From Octopus vulgaris (lineage: Eukaryota), in NCBI GenBank assembly GCA_951406725.2, contig OX597831.1, forward strand, positions 63,240,001 through 63,304,000: 64,000 nt of DNA, read 5' to 3'. The translations under genes were made by a program, and so were the position numbers. This document shows positions 54,130 to 64,000 of this stretch, piece by piece. Below the pieces are notes generated by a model. It was not told the DNA's origin. It made no database searches and worked only from the letters and a program-made list of their open reading frames with translations. Positions within the stretch are counted from its first letter, which is position 1. Every line of letters starts with the position of its first letter.

Positions 54130-54945
54130 CAGGATACACCGGTCCACAGGGAATTTCAATCCCAGAGCCTAAGTCTGTGAGGGACCTGGTTATCGACATG
54201 AGTGATGATACCTCTTTCCAAGTCCACATTACCAGGATGGCGACAAAGTGCAGACGACTGGCTGGGTGGATCCTAAGAACATTCAGAACCAGAGATAAGG
54301 AAACCATGATGGTCGTCTGGCGGACATTCGTCCTCAGTCGCCTGGATTACTGCTCACAGCTATGGTCACTCTCCAGTGTAAAATTAACAGCGGACCTTGA
54401 AGCAATCCAGAGAAGATTCACAAAGAAGATCATCTCTTTGCAACAGCTCAGCTACTGGGAAAGGTTGAAATAGCTAAGACTCTACTTCCTGGAGAGAAGA
54501 CGGGAGAGATATGCAGTAATATATGTCTGGAATTTCCTGGAAGGAATTGTGCCAAATTTTGGCATTGTAAGCTACACCAATGCTAGAACGGGACGACACT
54601 GCATAGTGCCAAAGATCCCAGCAATGCCATCACGCTTCAGGACCAGCTTCTGCAACAGCCTGGGTTTCAAGGGCCGACAGCTTTTTAATATTCTCCCAAA
54701 GAGTCTGAGGAACTTGCACAAAGTAGATGTAGCGGTTTTTAAATCAAAGCTGGACATCTTCCAGTCAAGAGTCCCAGATGAACCTACCTCACGGCAAGAG
54801 GTGCAAATGAGAGTAGCTATATCAAACTTCATTCTTCACCAAGTGCCACATATTAGATGAGGTTCGTCGTAATAACAGTGTAGCACAAAACGGCGGTGCA
54901 TCAGCATGGCCGCAGCTCTGAGCTGAAACTAAAAAATAAAAAAAA
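54130..54945 (+). pseudogene. CR1-type LINE 3' fragment (RT C-terminus plus 3' UTR)
   Basis: RDLVIDMSDD...GWILRTF...LDYCSQLWS...LEAIQRRFTK...LSYWERLK*LRLYFLERRR; A-rich tail. Confidence 0.9.
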
Positions 54946-55028
54946 TATTTTTAAATTAAAAATATATGTATATACATATATATATATATACATACATATA
55001 TATATATATACACATATATATATATGTA

Positions 55029-55072
<44 letters not shown>

Positions 55073-55399
55073 CACATGCATACGTATAAAAAGAGAAGGT
55101 AGACTAAAATTTTTCAGATGATAAATAATCATGTACAAATATAAATATATATTTTACATAGAACATACTTTCTCAGATTACATAGACTCAAAGAATTAGA
55201 GGGGAGAAGCCGTTACAAGTCAGACAGTTTTTCTGGGGGTAAGGATTTAGTTCTTAATGTTGGCAGATGTAACTCATCAAAAATTTGCATGCGGTAATAT
55301 AAGCAAACAAACATTGGTAAACTCCTAAACCTCCTTTATATGGGTGGGTAGATATGAGTCTAACCTATATCTCCATATCTGCTCATTTGCTTTCCCCTT

Positions 55400-57930
55400 A
55401 TAGCTACTCTTTTCTCTGATGACTTTGTCCTCAGCGAACCAAGACTTAAACCTACAGACCATTGCAGAAGAATGTCAAACACTGGTAAACCTGAAGCACA
55501 ACGTGATAAAAATTTAAGAGAAAGATTCCGAAAAAATACCGATGTGTCGACCCGGAAAATACAACCAAAAAAGAATGCCAGGCCCCAATCCATGTTACGG
55601 ATGTGGAGGCCTACACTTCAGAAAAATGTTTCCGTTTTAAAACTGAAAATACTATAGTTGTCAGAAAGTTGGTCACAAGAGTTCACACTACAGGACAAGA
55701 TTACTAGGGTCGAACACAAAAAGTTGTAAGGTGGTTTCAGCAGAAAGTGAATACGACAGAAAAACAAGAAGATTCGTACACGTAAAAATAAATGATGTAA
55801 ATATTAAACTACAGTTGTATACGGGTAGTGATATTTCAATCACAAATGCAGATACATAGAGAAAAATTGGGAAACCGAGGTTACATAAAACTGCGAAAAT
55901 TGCTCGTGTCGAGACGGGCGATAAATTACATTTCATTAACGAAATGTGTACTGACGTCACATTTCGAGGAGAAACATGTAAAGCAAAAATATTCATTGTG
56001 GAGAATACAATCAATCTGTTGGGTAAAGATTGGTTGGCGGTATTTGACTTGTGGTAACTCCCCATAACTCTCTACTGCAAATACATAAATGATTGTCCCT
56101 TTAAAAATAAATCATCTGAGGAATTGAAAAGAAAATTGAAAAAGATGATCAAAGTATCTGACAATAAATACACAAAAAGAATTGTACAGATATACCCATT
56201 TCTTTACTACCCACAAGGGGCCAAACACAGAGAGGACAAACGAGGACAGACAAACGGATTAAGTCGATTATATCGACCCCAGTGCGTAACTGGTACATAT
56301 TTAATCGATCCCGAAAAGATGAATGGGAAAGTCGACCTCAACGGAATTTGAACTCAGAACGTAGCGACATTTCGCCCGGCGTGCTAACGATTCTGTCAGC
56401 TTGCTAACGATTCTGCTAGATATACCCGGTTACCTTTTGGATTAAAGGTTGACCGGCAATATTTCAGCAAATCATAGATGCTATGTTATCTGATTGTGAA
56501 TTTGTAATCCCTTATTTGAACGATATATTGATTAAGAGTAATTCGCATGAACAGAATGTGGAGCATATTAAAGCTGTGTTCAGGAAAATTAAAGAGTACG
56601 GGTTCACTTTGAGTAAAGAAAAATGCAAACAGAGGAAATCGGGAAACCGGGATTACATAAAACCGCGATAATGGCACGTGGCGTGATGGGCGATAACTTA
56701 CACTTCATTAACGAAATGTCTACTGACGTCGCATTTCGAGGAGAAACATTTAAAGTACTTAGGGCAAATAATTGATAAAAATGGTGTTACAGGGAAAATA
56801 TCATATTTTCTCAGTAAATGTGTATGTAGTGTAACATTTCGAGGTCAAAAAAAAAAAAAGGCAAAGATTTATTTGTTGAAAAATTCACATAATCTATTCA
56901 GCACAGAGTGGATGGAACAAGTCAAAGTATGGAATACGCCGATAAACGTTCTGTGTGGAAATATTGTTGGTTCAGTCACAGGTTCAAATGAAGCTGAATG
57001 ACTGAAACAAAAAACTGCTATAAAACAGAGAGGAACATCTCTAATGGAAACCAAAACGAAATTTAAAAATTAAGTAAACATTGTTCAAAAGTAGATGTTC
57101 ATGGTCGAGACTAAATATCGATTTCGCTGGTCTTTTAAATGGTTCTTACTACTTAGTGGTAGTTGATAGTTTTTCGAAATGGCCTGAAATTCTCAAGTGT
57201 AAAAAAACCAACCTCTTCAAGCATGATAAATTTTTTACACGAATTGTTTGCAAGATTTGGCATCCCAAACAAGATAGTGTCTGACAATGGAATGTAATTT
57301 GTGTCTGTTGTATTTTAAATATTTTTGAAACGTTCACGGTAGAACATATAACTCCCAGATTTAATGGACAGCCAGAACGCTTTGTCGATACATTCAAAAG
57401 AGCACGTAGAAAATCGAATAAGGAAGTCACGGAAGAGGTAGCTCTACAACAATTGTTAAAAGTGTACCGCGTGACACCAAACCCAAATACACCAGCAGGT
57501 AGCTCACCAACGGAGCTGACGTTTGCAAGTAAAGTAAAATCAGTCTTTCATAAATTGTTACCTGGCAAGAAAAAGTGTCAGGAAAGACATAACAAGATTC
57601 TTTAAAGTTGGTGAAAAGGTATGTATGAGGGCATACAAGAGTGGAAAGCAGAGTTGGTAGGTGGCGTAATTACCAAATGGATAGGTAAAATGATGTATTG
57701 GGTAAAACGTAAAAAAGTCATACGAAAGAGACACAGGAACCGACTGAAAAAAGGTTCGTGGAAAGCGAACCAAAGAAGTTGGAGGAACCGATGGAATGGT
57801 GGTATGATACGTTCCAAGTACCGACGCCACTGTGGGGGAGTGAACCCAGGCGTGCAAGTGAGAGGAAAAGAAAACATACAGAGTTCCTGAAAATAGATGC
57901 CAAACGAAATAAAATATTAAATTGTACGAA
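55400..57930 (+). pseudogene. Decayed Ty3/gypsy LTR retrotransposon pol
   Basis: Protease-like LQLYTGSDISI (~55808), RT PAIFQQIIDAML...YLNDILI (~56455-56535), integrase WSRLNIDFAG...VVDSFSKWPE, IVSDNG and NGQPERFVDTFKRA (57100-57405); internal duplication 55860-55980 / 56630-56750. Confidence 0.88.
56198..56417 (-). mobile_element. SINE family 2 inserted in the gypsy RT
   Basis: TSD agatataccc at 56188-56197 and 56418-56427. Confidence 0.9.
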
Positions 57931-58279
57931 AAAATAAAAACTCAATACAGGGATGTGGGGGTGAATTTTAAAAATTATTGCTAAATAAAATGACACTTCC
58001 TAAGGAAATTTAAAATGGGAGATGTTGTAGGTAGTTATTTTATCGACCTCGAAAGCATGAAAATCAAAGTAGACCGCAGCAGTATTTCGCTGTTCGAAAA
58101 CAAAGTTCGTTTCTATGTTTTTGTTTTTATGTTTTCGTTTTTCATTGTTTTCAACGTTTTGTTGATGTCCTGTACCCATATATGCATGTATATATACATA
58201 TATATGTAGGTATGTACATATATGTATGTATATAGGCATATAATTGTATATTATTTATATTAATATATATATATATGTA

Positions 58280-58643
58280 CAGGGTGATTCAAAAGTCTCC
58301 ATACATAGGAAAAATTTATTTTTTTATAAGAGACAGTTTATATGATCCCCTATGTCCCCTGATCTGACCCCTCTTCATTTCTATCTTTGGGGGCATTTGA
58401 AAGGTATGGTGTATCACGGAAAGATAGAAGACATAAATCATTTGAAGGAACGCATCATTTGTACATGTATCACCAGATGTGCTATTACGAGTTCACAGTT
58501 AGTGGGGTAAACGTATTGCAATGTGTATTCAAAACAAGGGTAACCATACAGAGCCTGTTAAATAAAAAAAACACTGTTCTTATAAACTGTTTCTTATAAA
58601 AAGATAAATTTTTCCTATGTATGGCGACTTCTGAATCACCTTT
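58280..58643 (+). mobile_element. Tc1/mariner deletion derivative (MITE)
   Basis: ~60-bp TIRs ta|cagggtgattcaaaagtctccatacataggaaaaattt / aaatttttcctatgtatggcgacttctgaatcacc; internal SPDLTPLHFYLWG motif. Confidence 0.85.
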
Positions 58644-58664
58644 TGAATATTTATATTTATATTG

Positions 58665-58960
58665 TGAAGCCGCATGGTTAAGGTGTTGCATTCAAGATTG
58701 TGAGATCGTGGGTTCGATTACCAGATCGGACATTGCGTTGTGTTCTTGAGTAAATCACTTCATTTTACGTTGCTCTGCGATCATTTCGACATCTGACATG
58801 AGACACCCGTTGCACCTGTACAGGTAATGTCAATCTGATGGAGAGAGTGAGCTAATGACTAAACAAACATTTGATCACTATAAACAAATCATCATCTGTG
58901 TGATCATTCGGTGAGAAATTGTCGAACTTTCATACGTCTAACGATGGGAGAGACCATCAT
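58665..58960 (+). mobile_element. tRNA-derived CORE-like SINE
   Basis: B box gggttcgattacc followed by tgtgttcttgagtaaatcactt. Confidence 0.7.
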
Positions 58961-59099
58961 ATATATGAATCTTTGTGTATGCATATTTGTATGCATGTGT
59001 GCATTTACAAATTAAATCAGAATTGCATTACTTGAGGCTTTTCACATCTAAAAAGTCCCTTAAATACGTGTTCCTTGAGTAACAAGGCTTCCCTGGTTT

Positions 59100-60660
59100 C
59101 CAGTAACCCTAGGTGGCATTGACTGTTGGTTACATATGGATCAGTCCATATGCTTGTTTGCCAATTCTTGACTAGTTACTACTGTCGAATAATTCTGAGT
59201 AGAGCTTTTGTTAACTAGCGGTGGATGAGTTGGCTAATAGATTTTTGGACGGTTTAGATTAGAGGTTTCACTATTAAGAGTAAATTTCATGGAGTATTAT
59301 AAACGGTTCTTACACGGTCGAGAAAATTCAATGGAAGACGTTAAGTAATAGTTTCTGTTCTTCGTAAGTGTGATATACTCCAGATCTTGAGTAAAGAAAT
59401 GCAGTGCACTCTTTGTATACTTTATGACATTGAAAGTTTGAATGTTTACGATGTTATCGACATCCACATTTAACGAGTTAATGTGGAATGCGTTGTAGAG
59501 ATGATTTCATTCCATATTGGATGATTCCTTAATTCTGGATATTTCAGAGACAGGACAGAGAAGCAGAGATTTACCTGTGCTTGGATGAACATATTTATTG
59601 ATTTAACCTTCCCTTACAGTCATTAGCAGTAAGTCCTGCACCTTGGAACACTATCAGGTGGTGGTGATATACGCTTTATAGACCACAGGCTTGCAGAGGC
59701 GGAATCCTCTCAATGGGCAACTGGTTTAATTTAAGCCGTTGCATATGACTGAAGCGTGCAATATTGAATGCAATATTTTTAAGACAGTAGTAACTTACCT
59801 TAACATTAAGCGCGTTAAAAAGTTTATGGCATTTATGTGTGCTTGGAAAATGTTGCCTAATTTTGGATGGAAAGTTCCAAGCTAAATGTGTGGAGGATTG
59901 TACCAGGTCATTTTCTTGTCTCTCTTCGAAGATTGGGAGATCATACATATACACTAATTTCCCTTTAGAGCAAATACTCGCTAATACCTAATTAGTGCAG
60001 CTCTCTCAAAAATATCTCCATTTGAAAATGAGTAAAGATTCCTAATTATAACGTGTTTAAGATTCCTTTGAATACATACATTCTGCTCATTGGTCTCTTA
60101 TAATTGCTCGTCAGGTTAATGTCCAAGAAGTTGTCTTTAGAGAGGTGGAGATGGTTATGTTTAATCTAACACTTATCCATTGCGTGACTGTTCAAGTTGA
60201 TAATAATTAATTGTCTCTATGTAAGGCCGGGTTGTGGGGTGATACACGGTTTTTAAAGTTATCCAGGATATGTAATCCAAAGGAAAATCCGTCTGCTGTA
60301 AAATCTAATCGAGACATCGAATATCTCGTCACCTTCGTTTTGGCCCAGTAGGTGATCTCATAGATTAAAAGTGACTTTGTAGACTTATCTTATTGCCAGG
60401 AATACCAATAAGTGTGTATTGGTTCCTAGGTCAAATGTTTCAGAAAGAGGGACTCGATAAACAAAGTTTAACACTCATAATATCGAACTGGATAAATTTG
60501 CAGACTGCTTTGTTCTTGATTCCTCAGAACTAACCGATAGCACAAACACTGCAGTTGCATTGGACCAATATATTCTGATATCAGAATTAACGTTGACTGA
60601 AAATCTTGTAAGAACAAACTTGGAAACCACAGTCAGTATTCAATATTTCCATATTCAATA
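59100..60660 (-). pseudogene. Decayed Penelope-like element RT and GIY-YIG ORF
   Basis: Reverse-strand KFIQFDIMS (~60475-60500), degenerate GLYRDD (~60210-60230), NFLDINL (~60115-60133), IRQHFPSTHKCHKLFNALNVKVSYYCLKNI (59770-59860); boundaries approximate. Confidence 0.82.
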
Positions 60661-60718
60661 AATAAATGATATATTGCATTATACATACAAGTATGTGTGC
60701 ATCTGCATACATATATGT

Positions 60719-60796
<78 letters not shown>

Positions 60797-60860
60797 CGTG
60801 TATTCATGTATGTATGTATGTATGCATGTATCTATGTATATATGTACGTATGTACGTGTG

Positions 60861-60932
<72 letters not shown>

Positions 60933-60933
<1 letters not shown>

Positions 60934-61209
60934 TAGGGTGAGTCAGTTTTTTGAAGTCGTCTGTATAAATTTACAACAAGACGCATAGCTCATCAAAGAA
61001 AAGATATATTTGAAATCAAATTGGTACAAATAATCTTGAAAATTTTCTATCACTCCTATTGAACGAATCCACAATTAGGACCAATAGCTGCTTCAATACG
61101 GGGTTGAAAGCGTTGGCAGAACAGAATCAGATTATTTTTTATCAATTTTGGACACAGTGCTGGTTATGGCAGAATTGAGAGAATGTATAGTGTAATGAAA
61201 CGTTGATTG

Positions 61210-61279
<70 letters not shown>

Positions 61280-61398
61280 ACTTGGTTGACCGTTCTAACA
61301 AGACTCTGCACCGTCTCATAAGACAAGGAAAACTAAAGCCTGGATGTGTACCAATCTCCATTATAGTGTTCTCCCGGACATATGGGCTTCTAGCTCAA

Positions 61399-61437
<39 letters not shown>

Positions 61438-61853
61438 ACTATACCTTTTGGTGTCTTAACTTGATTAGCAAGCGCTTTCAAGTATCGAAAGTTTCTCTTG
61501 TCACATCGAACATAAACTGACCCCCTCCGTATTACATACTTGATTTCTTCATACACAACTGCTCTTCTGATGCATTATGAAACCTTGCGGTCCTTTGAAT
61601 TTCAGGGATTTTGTCGATTATTTCTGGAAGTTTTTGTACAAGCTCTGATGGTATTAGAACCCTGTGCACGCGTTTGCGTTTAGCTGCTGATGTTGGAACT
61701 CTGGCAGCTGCTTCCAGCTCCTTCCCAACTTTGACAACGAAGGATCGGGCAGCTTTTATGAAGTGAGCTACTCTGTGTCACTATGCTATGCTTTTCAGGC
61801 AACGATTAAAGCGTGTCTTTTCATTTGCTGAGTCACCCTGATGTTTGACATCA
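60933..61853 (-). mobile_element. Decayed Tc1/mariner-superfamily transposon
   Basis: ta|tagggtgagtc terminus; reverse-strand transposase start ...TQQMKRHALIVA...RSFVVKVGKELE; interrupted by (CT)n. Confidence 0.6.
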
Positions 61854-61951
61854 TTTATGCAAAATGTAAGGCAAAAAAATAATAATAATAGTAATAATAA
61901 ATTAGAAGCACGTTAGACCTCTTAAAAAGGGGGTCCTCAATATATAGGTAA

Positions 61952-62045
<94 letters not shown>

Positions 62046-62972
62046 TGATGGATACTGATACTTCGTTGGTTACGGCAAGAGTTTCTGTTGATCCGATCAA
62101 CAGAACAGCCTGCCCGTGAAGTTAACGGGCAAGTGGCTGATCACTCAACAGACACGCGTACCCTTAATGTAGATTTAGCGTGACACAGAATGTGACAAAG
62201 CTGTACCTTTGAAATACAGACAACACTCAGTTCTGTTATTTGAGTGGACAGGGACGACGTGAAATAAAGTGTCTTGTTCAAGGACACATGTCTAGTGTTT
62301 ATGACAAAAATTACAGGCTTTGGGCTTAATAGTTTTTATTCCTTGAACAAACAATCTAAGGTAGTCTATGGACATCTACTTATGATAATATTCTTCATTA
62401 TATAAAATTCTTCATTTTATAAAATTCAGAATTATCCAGATATTGGATTCTAAGAAAATATAAGAATTTTGTTAACAGAAACTGTATGGAAGTCAATCGT
62501 AGTAACCGTTCTAATCCTGCCTTTCCGTTGTAGACTTAAACTGTCGCTCCTTTTAAACCTAACGTCTGACTTTTGGATAATTTTAGCTGATTATCTGCTG
62601 CCAGAATACGATCCATGCCTCCAGTCTGAGTATAACTTTCTCCCTTCTTCCTATCAGGTTAAGAGATTTAAAAGGATTCATTGGTTCTCTCCTGTTCCTC
62701 AAGCCAAATAAACCTGATACATCCTGTGTGGTTGTATCCATTAGACTTATCCTACGTTCGTAAGTATTCCACATAGCCTGTCTACTTCTATGCCTACTAT
62801 ATAGCCCGAGTATCTGTATGTATTCAATGCATCCTGCTTATTTCTACATGTATGTATGTAATTTGAGTGCCTGAATGTGTTCAACGTTCCATTTCTATCT
62901 GTATGTATACAAGCTCTCTCTACTTGCTTGCATGTGTCATATATCTATCTGCATTAGAATGTGTGTATGTGC

Positions 62973-63013
<41 letters not shown>

Positions 63014-63293
63014 CGTGCGTGTTAGATGTACCCTGTCAAGTATTCTGTCAACTATCACTTCAAGCCGCAACACAAAATATGAAAATACGAAAATAAAAAT
63101 GAGAAAGAAGGAAAAAAATCAGTAAAAATAAGAATTTCAAAGAATTATGAAAGAAAACTAGCGTAAAAGAAAGCTAGCGTTTGGAGGAGAAACGTAAAAT
63201 AAAAGAAATATAAACCAACTTCCTACATGTAATTTCGTTTTGCGCAGCAATTTTTTCGTTTCTCTATATTTCCTTTCTAAAATATGTGCACGT

Positions 63294-63295
<2 letters not shown>

Positions 63296-63335
<40 letters not shown>

Positions 63336-63371
63336 AAAGAGAGAGAGAGAGACATATATATATAGAGAGAG

Positions 63372-63422
<51 letters not shown>

Positions 63423-63750
63423 CATATATATACATATATATACATATATACATACATATATATATATATATATATACATATATATATACATACATATATA
63501 TATATGCATACATATATATATATACATATATATATATACATACATATATATACATATATACATACATATATATATATACATACACACGCAAAGATCATAT
63601 GTGTATATCTGTATATATGTATGTGTGTATATACATACGCGCGCATATATATATACATACATATATCTATATATATATATATATATATATCTGTGAGCGT
63701 GATATATATATATATGTATATATATATACATAGATATATGTATGTATATA
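63296..63750. repeat. Compound (TA)n/(TACA)n microsatellite (representative of dozens across the window)
   Basis: Explains the 272-aa YIYI ORF at 63158..63976. Confidence 0.95.
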
Positions 63751-64000
63751 ATATGCACGTATGTACATATTTATTCATTGTAGTTAAATAGTAATTTCTT
63801 GTTTGTATTAGAATTGTGACAATGTCTTGACATTTGCTATAATCGATTCGATGGAACCAGAACTTGACTGGTATTATTTTATCGATTCCAGAAATTATTT
63901 CCAACTTTCTGCAAGGTCGAATGTGGTAGATGCCAGCTCGGATCAGAACATCGAGTGAAGTAATCAAATAATACAAAGTATTGTGTCCGTCACTATACCA

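Noticed and set aside
63158-63976. Longest ORF (272 aa) and the many YIYI/CVCV/poly-amino-acid ORFs
   Set aside because: Translations of microsatellites that lack stop codons; no domain content.

Overview
AT-rich, microsatellite-saturated eukaryotic non-coding DNA. The SINE families and (TA)n density resemble an octopus or other cephalopod genome, which is an inference. There is no intact protein-coding gene, and almost all ORF-track entries are translated microsatellites or SINEs. The window is a mosaic of tRNA-derived SINEs (a CORE-like family and a Meta-domain family that also forms dimers), decayed Tc1/mariner pieces, a MITE, a non-autonomous Helitron, and relics of Tx1/L1, CR1, RTE, Ty3/gypsy and Penelope-like (PLE) retroelements. 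The most striking structure is at 1831-4450: four near-identical 534-bp tandem units plus a 432-bp fold-back copy, inserted in the (TA)n tract of a SINE. Each unit carries an intact minimal type I hammerhead ribozyme (HHR), giving a retrozyme or PLE pseudo-LTR-like array that could release 534-nt monomer or circular RNAs. Several other unrelated fold-back elements in (TA)n tracts also carry intact or variant HHRs (9441, 35093/35175, 18133, 5278, 50898, 14818). A candidate recursive splice site and a few small candidate exons hint that the region is a long + strand intron.
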